DNA from: a virus
Lineage: Duplodnaviria; Caudoviricetes
IMG/VR virus record: IMGVR_UViG_3300044612_001963
Location: 419 to 64,418 of that record
Direction: 5' to 3' (one strand)
Length of the DNA stretch: 64,000 nucleotides
Shown: positions 35,181 through 45,164 of the stretch, in pieces
Position numbering within the stretch: the first letter of the stretch is position 1
Layout of the letters: every line of letters starts with the position of its first letter
Program-made: the position numbers and the translations under genes
The notes under the pieces: generated by a model
The model's input: the letters and a program-made list of their open reading frames with translations, nothing else
The model's database searches: none
What the model was told of the DNA's origin: nothing

Positions 35181-38100
35181 GTGATTTTCAGTTCAAGGTT
35201 GGTGGTGATTTTTCGGAGCTGCTGCGTGGGTTTCAGCAGTTAGAGACCCGTGCCAAGACCGCTGGCGACAATGTTGGCAAGGGGATCGGCGATGGCATCC
35301 AAGGGTTCAGCAGCAAGAGCCTTGCTGCACTGAACCAGGAGCTGAACCGACTGCAGCAACGGCAGTTGAAGGTAGCCGTTGATTCGTCCGCGTTTGAGAA
35401 GGCTGGCGCACAGATTAAGGAAGTCCAAGCGCTGATCAGCGCTGTACAGCGCCAGCAGGTACTGATCCAGGTAGACGATCGCTCTGTTACCGCACTGCAA
35501 ACCAAGCTGGCGGATCTGCAGAGCAGGCAGGTCAAGGTAGACGTTGACTCTCAGGAGTTCATTGAACTGCAGCGGCAGATCAATGCAACAGAAAAGGAGC
35601 TGCAAGAGATCAGCCAACGGAAGGTGCTGATTGATGCTGACGCTAACTCGTTCTTAGCAGTTACAGCCAAGCTGCGCAATGAGCTCAATGGGCTCCAAGA
35701 ACGGCAGCTCAAGATTGATGTTGATTCCCAGGAGTTCGTTGCCCTTGGCAAGGAGATTGATCGTGTTGAGGGTGAGCTGCAAGCGCTGGAACGCAAGCGC
35801 ACTGCAGTCACGATTGACGCCAGCTCAATCGAGGCACTACAGGCCAAGCTGACCGATCTGCAAACCAGGCAGACCAAGGTATCGGTTGACTCTCAGGAGT
35901 TTGCTGACCTGCAGGTTCAGATCAACAACGTACAGCGTGACCTTGCCGAAGTTGAGCAGAACAAGATTCTGATCAATGTAGACGGCAACAGTATCACTGC
36001 GCTCACCACCAAGCTCAAGGCCGAACTCACGGCACTGGAGCAGCGGCGCGTCACAATTGACGTGGACTCTCAGGAGTTCATTGAAGTCAGCCAGCAGATT
36101 GATCGCGTCGAAGGTGAACTGCAGGCGCTGGAGCGTAAGAAGCTCCTGATCAATGCTGATCCCAGCAGCATCATCGCCCTACGCTCACGGCTTGGCGAAC
36201 TGCAAGGCGAGCTAGAGAAAACGCAGATCGGCAGCCAGCGGTTTAGGGAGCTGCAGGGGGAAATTAACAAGACCGAAACCGAGCTGAGAGAGGCCACGCA
36301 GTCCGCTGGTGGCCTGCGTGGCGTGATTCAACAGCTAGGCCCGGCGATTGCTGCAATCGGCATCGGTACAGGCCTTGTCGCGTTCACTCAGGGGGCGTTT
36401 GATGCTGCCACCGCTGCAGAGTCTGCGGAGGTGCGGATCAAGGCGCTTGGCGATCAGTTTGGCGAAGCTGACAAGGTGCAGCAGCTGGTTGCCAAAAGCG
36501 CTCAACAGCTGAACCTCAGCAACACTGAAGCAGCTGATGGATTCCTCCAGCTCTATGGCGCCCTGCGACCGGTAGGCATCGGCCTGGATGACGTGGCCAC
36601 CGTGTTCACAGCGGTGAACGCCACGGCCAAGAACTTCGGCCTCAGTGCTGGCAACGTGAACGCTGCAGTGCTGCAGCTCAGCCAAGGCCTCGCCGCTGGT
36701 GCACTGCAAGGCGATGAGCTGCGATCCATCATGGAGCAGTTGCCGCCTGTCTCTCAGGCGATTGCGAAAGAGCTGGGCGTCACTGTTGGCCAGGTTAAAA
36801 AACTAGGCAGCGAAGGAAAGATCACTTCCGAAGTGGTGATCAATGCAATCAAGGGTCTGAATGATACCGAGCTGGGCAAGCTCGACCAAACCCTGAACAC
36901 AACTCAAGAAAAACTGAAGGCTCAAGGCGTCGCATGGAATGAACTTAGCGTCACCGTAGGCAGTGCATTCGTTCAGGCATCACTGCCAGCTATTGAGCTA
37001 CTTACCGGTCTAACACAAGGCTTGACCAGTGTTGCGCGTGCGGCTGCCGATGCCCCCTTGGCGCTGAAAGCTCTTGCTGGCGTACTGCTGGGCCTGCCGG
37101 CGGCCTACATTGCTGCGCGGCTCGCGTTGATCGCATTCAACAGCGAGCTGATCGGCGGGCAGATCAAAGCAGCAATTGCAGGAATCCAACAGCTGGGCCT
37201 GCTGCTCAGAACTCAATTCATAGCCGACCTGGCAACTGCCAAAGGTGCATGGGTTGCATTCAGCACCTCAATTCAGACTGGCGCACTGCAGCAGCAGATC
37301 GTTGCGTTAGGCGCAAAGTTTGGGCCGCTAGCGTTGGCGATCGGCGCTGTTACTGCTGCAGTGGTGGCGTTCAACAAGTCCACTGCAGACTCACAGTCGA
37401 TTGCAAAGGCTGCAGCAGACGGCCAAGATGAGCTCACCGCTGCGCTCACTGCAGCCGGCGTTGAAACCAGCAAGCTGACCACTCTTGGCGGGCCATTTGC
37501 TCGCGGCCTAGAGGATGCTGCGACAGCTGGTGAAGCGCTGCTGGCTCCATTGCGGGCAATCCCAGGTATCGGCCCACTGGTGGCAGATGCAATCAAAGGA
37601 ATCTGGCAAACGCTTAAGGTGGTGATCCCTGGCCTCAAAGGTGCCACTGAAGGGATTATTGCACTCATCAATGCCTATAAGGGTGCGGTTGCCAATGCCA
37701 ACGCTACGCAAGGGCTAGAGCAAGCGGCGATAGCGCTAACTAACCTGCAAAGCCAAGCCGGATTGGCTGAAAATGCAGCTGGTGCATTGTTCGCTGAACT
37801 CAAAAAGGCAGGCGGCAAGCCCAATACTGCGCAGACTGAGCAGATTGAAAAGTTGGTTACTGCGCTGGAAAAGGCAAAAGCCCAAGGCATTGCACTCGCT
37901 GAGCAATACGACCTGCTGGCAGCTGCTGCAAGAAACAGCGGTAACGATGAATACGCGGAAGAACTGGAGCGACTGGCGGAAGCTGCCAGAAACGGAATAC
38001 CCCTCACAGACGTGCGGATTCAGCAGCTGCAAAGCCTGATCCCCGAAACGCAGAAAGCAACGCAAGCGACGAAAGAACAGGAGGCTGCTGTAAAAGCCCG

Positions 38101-40126
38101 CGCCGAAGCCGAAGCGCAGCTCAACAAGATCATCGCAGAAGCACCAGTTCGCAACCTAGATGCGCAGCTGGCGGTAGGCCAGCAACTGGTAGGCCTTAGC
38201 AAAGCACTTGCTGATCAGGAACAGTCACGGTTCGCGGTAGTGAAGGCTGGCCTGGAGTTCGAGCTATCTAAGGCCCAAGAGCGTGGTGCATCCGAAAGCC
38301 AGATCGGGGAGATCAAGTCCCGCATTCAAGAACAAGACCGGCAATCCCTAGAGGCGCGGTATCAGGCGCTGATCCAACAGCAGCAACTGGAAGCCAAACT
38401 GCTGGAGCTGAGCCAGCAGAAGGCACGCACCGAAGCAGACCTAAGTGTGTTTGAAGCACGCAAGGCATTACTCCAGGCAGAAGTTGAACTGAAGAAACTA
38501 TCAGCAGATGCCAGCACCGAAGAGCGAGCTAAAGCTGAAGCAATCGTTGAACTGCAGCGTGCTGCGCTTGGTGTCAATGAGGAACGTTTAGGCGTCCTCG
38601 CCCAGACCCAACCCCTAGAGCGGCAGATTGCTGCAGCAACAGCTGAAACCGCACGCAACGGACTGCAAGCGCAAGCTGCTCAAGCTGGGTTCAACATTGA
38701 AGCCGATGGATCTGTTACCAAAACTGCAGCCCTCGCTGCTGAAACAAGCAAGGTCAAGCAAGCCGCCGAAGCCCGCAAGAAAGTAGAACAAGAGATCGGT
38801 GAAGTCATCAAGCAATCGAGCCTGCGCCTGGCAACGGAACAGCTATCGGTTGCAGAGAAGCTGGTTAGCCTCTCACGTGCACTTGCTGCAGAAGAACAGA
38901 GCCGGTTTGATCTAGTACGCAGCAACCTAGAGTATGAACTGCAAAAGGCTGAAGAACGCGGCGCATCCGAATCTGAAATCGGTTCAATTAAAGAACGGAT
39001 CCAGAAAGTAGACCGCGCCGCTGCCGAAGCTCGCTACAAAGCACTCCTGCAGCAACAGCAGCTGGAAGCAAAGATGCTGGAGATCGCCCAGCGCAAACAG
39101 GTGCTTGAGGCGAATGTTGAGTTCAGGAAACAGCAACTCGCTCTACTTGAGGCGCAGAAGAAGCTGCAGGAAGCCATCGCCGCTGGTGATCAGGGTGCCA
39201 TCGCACTCGCACGCTCCCAGGTGGGCCTCCAGCAACTGATGCTCAGCGTGCGTGGTGAGCAGCTGGGCCTGCTCGCTCAAACCCAGCCCCTCGAAGCGCA
39301 GATCCTTGCCGCGCAGCAGAGTGCCGCGATCAACGCAGAGCGGGCCCGTGCGGCACAGAACGGCTACCAGCTTGCCGCTGCACAGTCGGCCGTCAACCTG
39401 GGCAACGTCGCCAGCATCGCCGGTGGGCTGAACAACATCGCCGCAGGCTATGCCCAGAACCTGGGCGCTGCAGCGACACAGGCCGGCCAGCTCGAAGGTG
39501 CGGTGAGTGACGCGCAATCCCCAGCTGATGGCATCGCCGATGCGTTCACTACCACGGGCGATCGTGCGCCAGCTGCAGCGCAAGGCGCTCGGGACTTCGC
39601 CGCCTGGCTGTCATCTGCCAAGACCTTCGCCGAACGCATCGCGGGCCTGTCACTGGACACGCAGATGGCCACCGTCGCCACACGCACCGCGCAGGCTGCC
39701 GGCGCTGCCAAGGTGTTCTACGAATGGCTCGAACGCGCCTCACGCCTCCCCGGCTCCCGCTGGACGGGTGGCCCGGTGGAAGCTGGTGAGCAGTATCGCG
39801 TGAACGAACTGGGCCAGGAAGCACTCCTCTCTGGTGGGCGCCTCTCCCTCATCAATGCCGCACCCAACTCCATCTGGCGTGCACCAACCAACGGCACCGT
39901 GATCCCCGCAGGCATCACCTCAAGGCTGCAAGATCAAGGTGCCCTGCCATCACGCCCCGGCACCACGCCAATCATGACCAGTGGCAGCAGCAATGCCGCC
40001 CTCGCCGTCGAAGTCGGAAAACTGCGGCAGGAGGTTGGCGAGTTGGCGCGGAAAAATTGGAACGTCAACGTTGCCATGAAGACCGGACCAACCGGCAGCC
40101 AGGTGATCCGCCAGATGATGAGGTGA
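35177..40126 (+). CDS. Tail tape measure protein
   Basis: 1649 aa helical; QLSQGLAAGALQGDELRSIMEQ tape-measure motif; C-terminal GGPV..VNELGQE. Confidence 0.93.
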   Translation: MSDFQFKVGGDFSELLRGFQQLETRAKTAGDNVGKGIGDGIQGFSSKSLAALNQELNRLQQRQLKVAVDSSAFEKAGAQIKEVQALISAVQRQQVLIQVDDRSVTALQTKLADLQSRQVKVDVDSQEFIELQRQINATEKELQEISQRKVLIDADANSFLAVTAKLRNELNGLQERQLKIDVDSQEFVALGKEIDRVEGELQALERKRTAVTIDASSIEALQAKLTDLQTRQTKVSVDSQEFADLQVQINNVQRDLAEVEQNKILINVDGNSITALTTKLKAELTALEQRRVTIDVDSQEFIEVSQQIDRVEGELQALERKKLLINADPSSIIALRSRLGELQGELEKTQIGSQRFRELQGEINKTETELREATQSAGGLRGVIQQLGPAIAAIGIGTGLVAFTQGAFDAATAAESAEVRIKALGDQFGEADKVQQLVAKSAQQLNLSNTEAADGFLQLYGALRPVGIGLDDVATVFTAVNATAKNFGLSAGNVNAAVLQLSQGLAAGALQGDELRSIMEQLPPVSQAIAKELGVTVGQVKKLGSEGKITSEVVINAIKGLNDTELGKLDQTLNTTQEKLKAQGVAWNELSVTVGSAFVQASLPAIELLTGLTQGLTSVARAAADAPLALKALAGVLLGLPAAYIAARLALIAFNSELIGGQIKAAIAGIQQLGLLLRTQFIADLATAKGAWVAFSTSIQTGALQQQIVALGAKFGPLALAIGAVTAAVVAFNKSTADSQSIAKAAADGQDELTAALTAAGVETSKLTTLGGPFARGLEDAATAGEALLAPLRAIPGIGPLVADAIKGIWQTLKVVIPGLKGATEGIIALINAYKGAVANANATQGLEQAAIALTNLQSQAGLAENAAGALFAELKKAGGKPNTAQTEQIEKLVTALEKAKAQGIALAEQYDLLAAAARNSGNDEYAEELERLAEAARNGIPLTDVRIQQLQSLIPETQKATQATKEQEAAVKARAEAEAQLNKIIAEAPVRNLDAQLAVGQQLVGLSKALADQEQSRFAVVKAGLEFELSKAQERGASESQIGEIKSRIQEQDRQSLEARYQALIQQQQLEAKLLELSQQKARTEADLSVFEARKALLQAEVELKKLSADASTEERAKAEAIVELQRAALGVNEERLGVLAQTQPLERQIAAATAETARNGLQAQAAQAGFNIEADGSVTKTAALAAETSKVKQAAEARKKVEQEIGEVIKQSSLRLATEQLSVAEKLVSLSRALAAEEQSRFDLVRSNLEYELQKAEERGASESEIGSIKERIQKVDRAAAEARYKALLQQQQLEAKMLEIAQRKQVLEANVEFRKQQLALLEAQKKLQEAIAAGDQGAIALARSQVGLQQLMLSVRGEQLGLLAQTQPLEAQILAAQQSAAINAERARAAQNGYQLAAAQSAVNLGNVASIAGGLNNIAAGYAQNLGAAATQAGQLEGAVSDAQSPADGIADAFTTTGDRAPAAAQGARDFAAWLSSAKTFAERIAGLSLDTQMATVATRTAQAAGAAKVFYEWLERASRLPGSRWTGGPVEAGEQYRVNELGQEALLSGGRLSLINAAPNSIWRAPTNGTVIPAGITSRLQDQGALPSRPGTTPIMTSGSSNAALAVEVGKLRQEVGELARKNWNVNVAMKTGPTGSQVIRQMMR

Positions 40127-40130
40127 GCTG

Positions 40131-40877
40131 ATGGCGATCACCGTTGGCAGCCTCACCATTTCCGCACTGCAGCAGATCCCCTTCACCCACTCTGGTGATG
40201 CGCAGTCTGGCCGCACCGTGCGTCGCTGGCCCGTTCAGTGCATCCTCACCCCGGCAGATTGGCTGACGCTTGACGGGATCTACACCACCTGGCGGGCGCT
40301 GCGGATCGCAGAACCCGACACCATGATCAGCCTGGCCGTGGGCAGCACCGTGGCCTGCAGCGGCACGCTGTACGGCATGGCCTGGACCAACGTTGGCGCC
40401 TGGTTCAGTGAGCCTCCCGTGCCGACCGCGATCGGCGCGATGGTCGGCGTGTCGTTCGAGCTGGTGGATGCCACCCAACAGCTCGCCGTGATGCTGCGCG
40501 AGCTGGAAGTTGGCACCCTCGTAGACGATGTTGAGCAGGCAGCCGGCACCTACACCCTCGGCACGATCACACTCAACCTCACCGCACAGCCAGAAGGCCA
40601 TGACGACGGCCCAACGCTGGAGCTGGCTGGCACCGGCACCCATGTGATCCGTGGCCCGCTGCTGGCCACCAAGGTACGGCGCATCGAAGGCTGGACGCAG
40701 ACCGCTGGAGCGGATGCAACGATCCGCACATGGTATGAAACCACCATCGCCACCGTGCCAGCGGTCGGCTCCTGGTTCCCCGTATCACCGCCGGTGATTG
40801 ATCAGGTGCCGGTGATCGTGGCAGGTGCCAGGGTGACGCGGTATCTGGTGAGCATTGAGCTGAGGCAGGTGCGATGA
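40131..40877 (+). CDS. Distal tail-like protein
   Basis: Immediately after the tape measure; beta-rich. Confidence 0.55.
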   Translation: MAITVGSLTISALQQIPFTHSGDAQSGRTVRRWPVQCILTPADWLTLDGIYTTWRALRIAEPDTMISLAVGSTVACSGTLYGMAWTNVGAWFSEPPVPTAIGAMVGVSFELVDATQQLAVMLRELEVGTLVDDVEQAAGTYTLGTITLNLTAQPEGHDDGPTLELAGTGTHVIRGPLLATKVRRIEGWTQTAGADATIRTWYETTIATVPAVGSWFPVSPPVIDQVPVIVAGARVTRYLVSIELRQVR

Positions 40878-41740
40878 CGGTTGACTTCCGCGCCACTGTT
40901 GCCACCGACCTGGGCGTGTGCATCTCCGGTGATGTTGGCTCCAACCATATTGGTGATGGCAGCGGACTGATCAAAACCAGCGGCCGTCTGCTGATGGATG
41001 GAATCCTCAACCCAGCAAGGGGCACGCCGGCCAACCTGGCGATTGTGCGCGAACAGCTGGGGCTGATTACGGCATTTCCTAAGCCGATGTATGTGCTGCG
41101 GGCGTTGCCGAACGTGATTGAGCGGACGACTGAAATTGAGATCGGCTGCAAACTCACGCTGATGGAAGGGCTAAAGCGTAAAGAGCTATACAAAGCATGG
41201 GAGCATGAGCCACCGAACTGGGTAACCGTGCCGGTTTATATCCCGTATGGCAGCTGGATAGGACCGGATCGCCCAGAAAATCAATACCAGACGCAGCGCG
41301 TTGCCGTTGCAGCGAATACGATCAGAGCGCAAAGCCTGCTGGAATACTGCCTAGAAAAGATCGACCTTGAACTGTCAGATGATAGTGCCAACCTTGATTT
41401 CGTATTCCTTCGCTCTACAATCAACCTAGACAGCGGCTACGTTCAAATCATCGGTGACCTAATCCGCTCTGAAACGAAGTTTGGCAGAATCATGCCTGAC
41501 GGCAAGCTACAGATTCGCGGTTTGAACTTTCAGCTTGGACGGCTTGGCCCAGTGCTCACAACCGATAACCTATTCAGCATCGAGGCGATTGATGGTGCCG
41601 TCCAGCCACCTGATGAATACACAGTGCAATATAACGGCGCCGAAGCTAATGCCCAGTATCAAGAACGTAAGCGGCTCAATTGGCAGGGATGGGTTGATCG
41701 GCCGTTTACTTTCAGTAACTCAGCTGCTACCGCGCCATGA
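40874..41740 (+). CDS. Tail tip / hub protein
   Basis: ATGA-coupled tail-tip operon. Confidence 0.55.
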   Translation: MTVDFRATVATDLGVCISGDVGSNHIGDGSGLIKTSGRLLMDGILNPARGTPANLAIVREQLGLITAFPKPMYVLRALPNVIERTTEIEIGCKLTLMEGLKRKELYKAWEHEPPNWVTVPVYIPYGSWIGPDRPENQYQTQRVAVAANTIRAQSLLEYCLEKIDLELSDDSANLDFVFLRSTINLDSGYVQIIGDLIRSETKFGRIMPDGKLQIRGLNFQLGRLGPVLTTDNLFSIEAIDGAVQPPDEYTVQYNGAEANAQYQERKRLNWQGWVDRPFTFSNSAATAP

Positions 41741-42630
41741 CAAACTGGACATACGACAACACCGTATCACCGCCGCGCACGATCACGATTCAGTATGTCA
41801 CTGAAGATGGTGCAGCTAGCTCAGTATCGCTGACCAGTGTAGACACCAGTGAAACAGATATTGCTTACACCCGGATGGAATACACTGACATCCTGGGGAT
41901 GCAGAATGCTGCTGATGTCGCTGTTTTGAAAGTTGAAGAACGGCGCACCACGCAAGCATCAGTGAATGGTTCACTTGTGGCCAATCGGCTATCCCGTGGT
42001 GAAGGCTTGCCCTCTGGTGATGCCATTACATTGATCGAGACCGAATATGAATCAGAATCATCTGTTGACGGGCCTGTACTGATCAAGGAGCGGATCGAAA
42101 CCAGTATCACTACATCTGAACTGGCCGGCAGCCTTGCAGTGCCAAGCTACGAAGATTATACGCCTGGCGTTCAGCTATTCCTTTCAACCGTACGCGAGCT
42201 TGACCATACCACCGTATTTGATGATGCTGGTGCCGCCACAACTCGCACCACTGCTAAAACATGGATCGCCTATGGTTTAACGCAAGACGGGCAGCAATCC
42301 TTTGCAGAGCAGATGCGTCAACTGCAGTCCAGCAGCATTGATCCATCAGAATGGGGCCAACAAATCAGTGACGCAGTGGAATCAATGAAGGCTTTGGTGT
42401 TTCAAGGCACCGAGGTGCAAACTAACGCAGGCCGGCCATCAGCGCCCACCAAGCCAAGCGACCAGGCGATCAACCGCAATGAGCTAACCGAAAATGATAC
42501 CGGCATCCGGTACATCAACGGTCGGCTATCATTCATCAGTGACTTAACCAACAGCATTACAACGGCAGTCAGAGATTACGTGATGCCGTTTGCTCCAGAT
42601 GATTTCTTTTCCTGGGATGAGGTGGCATGA
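41737..42630 (+). CDS. Tail tip protein (acidic, Thr-rich)
   Basis: ATGA-coupled. Confidence 0.5.
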   Translation: MTNWTYDNTVSPPRTITIQYVTEDGAASSVSLTSVDTSETDIAYTRMEYTDILGMQNAADVAVLKVEERRTTQASVNGSLVANRLSRGEGLPSGDAITLIETEYESESSVDGPVLIKERIETSITTSELAGSLAVPSYEDYTPGVQLFLSTVRELDHTTVFDDAGAATTRTTAKTWIAYGLTQDGQQSFAEQMRQLQSSSIDPSEWGQQISDAVESMKALVFQGTEVQTNAGRPSAPTKPSDQAINRNELTENDTGIRYINGRLSFISDLTNSITTAVRDYVMPFAPDDFFSWDEVA

Positions 42631-43004
42631 CCGAATACATCCGGAACTTAAACCAAAGCAGGGCGCAACGGAGGGCGGAAGAGTTCGGCCTTGCGCAAGC
42701 ATTGCTGGAAGCAGGCCATGCCTATGGCTTTAATGTCATCACTGGTTTCAACGAACTGCCCACCCGCGATCTGTCACCGGTGTATGTGCGTGTGCAAGGT
42801 GTTGAGGCTGCCTTCCTTACTGATTCGGTGAGTTATGCCTGGGACAGCAACGGCTTGGTCGTGAGTGCTGATCTGCTGTATCTCGGTGCAACGGGATACT
42901 ACGGAGCATCACCACCAACCAGTAGCTGGGTGCGGATTCCAGTGCCAGTTAATCAGCTGCAGCCATCGCCCGCGCCTGGCTCAAACGTTGAGGAGGATCC
43001 ATGA
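42627..43004 (+). CDS. Tail tip protein
   Basis: ATGA-coupled. Confidence 0.5.
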   Translation: MTEYIRNLNQSRAQRRAEEFGLAQALLEAGHAYGFNVITGFNELPTRDLSPVYVRVQGVEAAFLTDSVSYAWDSNGLVVSADLLYLGATGYYGASPPTSSWVRIPVPVNQLQPSPAPGSNVEEDP

Positions 43005-44170
43005 CCATTAAGGCGAACAGCATTGCCATCCCGGTCGGTTTCAACCCTCGCAACCCGGCAAGTGTTGCTGCAGCAGTGGCGTTGCTGCCTGATGATGGCC
43101 TGGATACCTACAGCCTTGCGCAGGCTGCTGGACTGAAGCTGATCGGTCCAGCACTGGTGATTGAACGGCTTGAGGCAAGCAGTGGGCCAACAGTGCAGGT
43201 GGTTGATTACAGCTATGCGTTGACGCTGCCGGCTGAGACGTTCAGCTTGGCGACTGGTGGTGTGGTGGAGGTGTTCGCTGGTGGTGTGGTGCCTGCTGCG
43301 GAGGTGACGGTCGCGGCGTTGGTGCCTGGCGTAAGCACTGGTGCGAGTGTGGGGGTGCCGGCGGCTGGGGTGACGGTGGTGGGCCTGGCGCCAGTGGTGG
43401 CAGCCGGAATCAGCGTGCTGGTGCCGGCGGCTGGTATCGCTGTGACCGCACTGGCGCCTGTGGTGACATTTGAAGTCAGCGTGACGCTGCCTGCAGCAGG
43501 TGTCGCTGTGGCCGCTCTGGCACCGACTGTGAGCGCTGGCGCAGGTGTCGCCGAGCCAAACATCGGCGATGCCTACGGCGGCGGATACTTTGCTGGCTAC
43601 ATCTCGCACACGGCTGATGGTGTGGCTACGCATAGGTTGATTGTGGCGCCTGCGGCGACTGGCGCGTCGGGGACTGGTTACACAATTAGCACTAATTTGA
43701 GATGCAAAACCGCAGCCTCAAGCACAACTGGAACCACAAGCCAGTTTGATGGCGCCGCAAATACGGCAGCCATGGTTACCGCAGGGATTAACAGCCACCC
43801 CGCCGCTCAGTTTTGCACTGAGCTCACGATCGGCGGCTTTTCTGATTGGTATCTGCCGGCACGTTATGAGCTCGACATTGCCTACGAAAACCTAAAGCCA
43901 ACGACTGCCAGCAACAGTACATCGTGGGGGATCAATGATTACTCTGTCCCCAAGCGCACCGCCAATCGCACCACGTCCGCGCCAGGCCAGACTGCTGTGA
44001 CGGCGTTCCAGAGTGGTCAGGCTCAAAGGTTCCAGGCGACAAATCATTGGTCATCAGCCGAAATTGCAGGTGCTAACTCATGGAGGCATAACTTTGATAG
44101 TGGTCTTATGTCTTCAACTAGTAAAACGACTTTCTTGGCTGTCCGCGCCTTCCGTCGCGAGGCAATCTGA
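43001..44170 (+). CDS. Receptor-binding protein with C-terminal DUF1566/CLec-like domain
   Basis: Four ~18-aa VPAAGV.V..LAP.V repeats, then IGDAYGGG..GGFSDWYLPARYEL..HWSSAE..VRAFRR. Confidence 0.72.
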   Translation: MTIKANSIAIPVGFNPRNPASVAAAVALLPDDGLDTYSLAQAAGLKLIGPALVIERLEASSGPTVQVVDYSYALTLPAETFSLATGGVVEVFAGGVVPAAEVTVAALVPGVSTGASVGVPAAGVTVVGLAPVVAAGISVLVPAAGIAVTALAPVVTFEVSVTLPAAGVAVAALAPTVSAGAGVAEPNIGDAYGGGYFAGYISHTADGVATHRLIVAPAATGASGTGYTISTNLRCKTAASSTTGTTSQFDGAANTAAMVTAGINSHPAAQFCTELTIGGFSDWYLPARYELDIAYENLKPTTASNSTSWGINDYSVPKRTANRTTSAPGQTAVTAFQSGQAQRFQATNHWSSAEIAGANSWRHNFDSGLMSSTSKTTFLAVRAFRREAI

Positions 44171-44205
44171 CCTCTCCATAGCCTGACCCCAACCCCCAGA
44201 CCACC

Positions 44206-44295
44206 ATGGCCAGCCTGATTTACAACTCGTTCCATGAGGATCTAGCCCGTGGTGCCAACTTCACCCCGCCCACCGCACCATTCCCCTCGGCCTAA
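44206..44295 (+). pseudogene. Fused gene remnant (deletion scar)
   Basis: MASLIYNSFHEDLARGA (tail-protein-like N-terminus) joined to ANFTPPTAPFPSA* (LamG-fibre-like C-terminus). Confidence 0.55.
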
Positions 44296-44328
44296 CCGGA
44301 AAACTAAGGCCACAGCCCGCCGAGCACC

Positions 44329-44760
44329 GTGGCCCCCACCATCAGCCTCTACAACCACACCCGCGCACGCTTTGGCAGCGGTGCCAATGCTGTTGGCGAC
44401 ACCTACAAGGTAAAGCTGCTCACGGCAGCCACCTTCAACGCCACGCACACCACACTGGCGGCCACTGGTGGCACCGAGGTTGCTAACGGCAACGGCTATA
44501 CCACCGGCGGCGCCACGCTTGCCAATGTGGCGGTGACAACCGTCAACACGAACGAGGCAAAGTTCGACGCAGATGATGCGACGTGGGCGGCCAGTGGTGG
44601 CGCGATCACGGCCAGTTTCGCGATTCTCTACAACGACACTGACGCCGATGATCCGCCGGTTGCATTCATCGACTTCGACGGCGCCGAGACTGCTGGCACT
44701 GGGACTGATTTCAAGATCATCTGGAACGCTAACGGCATCGTGACCTTCACGGTGGCCTGA
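44329..44760 (+). CDS. Virion structural (tail-associated) protein
   Basis: DTYKVKLL, GNGYTTGGATL, FDADDATW, AFIDFDG; GGAAAACT at 44298. Confidence 0.7.
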   Translation: MAPTISLYNHTRARFGSGANAVGDTYKVKLLTAATFNATHTTLAATGGTEVANGNGYTTGGATLANVAVTTVNTNEAKFDADDATWAASGGAITASFAILYNDTDADDPPVAFIDFDGAETAGTGTDFKIIWNANGIVTFTVA

Positions 44761-44762
44761 CC

Positions 44763-45164
44763 ATGAGCTTCGTTATCACCCAAGGCGAGCTTGAGTTCCA
44801 GTCAGGCCTGATCCTCAACGGTCAGACCTACAGGGTGTTCCTCGCCACCAGGGGCAGCCTGACCGTTGCCAGTACCCTCAGCGCATGGGAAGCAGCCAAG
44901 CTGGCATCAGCGAACGGTTATGCCGATGTGACCGGCACCGTCGGCAACGGCGTCTACAACGCCACCAATGGCCGGGTGGAATCGCCCGTGATCACCGGCC
45001 AGTTTGGCCCTGCAACCGGCGCTGGGTTCACCTTCGATGCGATGATCATCAAGATCGGCACCACCAGGACCAGACCCTATGCTGTGCGGTTGTATGACGT
45101 GCCGCAGGTGCTCGCTGCTGGTCAATCCCGTGCGTTCAATATCACGCTCGGCATCAAGCCATGA
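44763..45164 (+). CDS. Virion structural protein
   Basis: Beta-rich; same operon. Confidence 0.55.
   Translation: MSFVITQGELEFQSGLILNGQTYRVFLATRGSLTVASTLSAWEAAKLASANGYADVTGTVGNGVYNATNGRVESPVITGQFGPATGAGFTFDAMIIKIGTTRTRPYAVRLYDVPQVLAAGQSRAFNITLGIKP

Noticed and set aside
43900-44300. Complete diversity-generating retroelement
   Set aside because: No reverse transcriptase, Avd, template repeat or downstream hairpin found in the window
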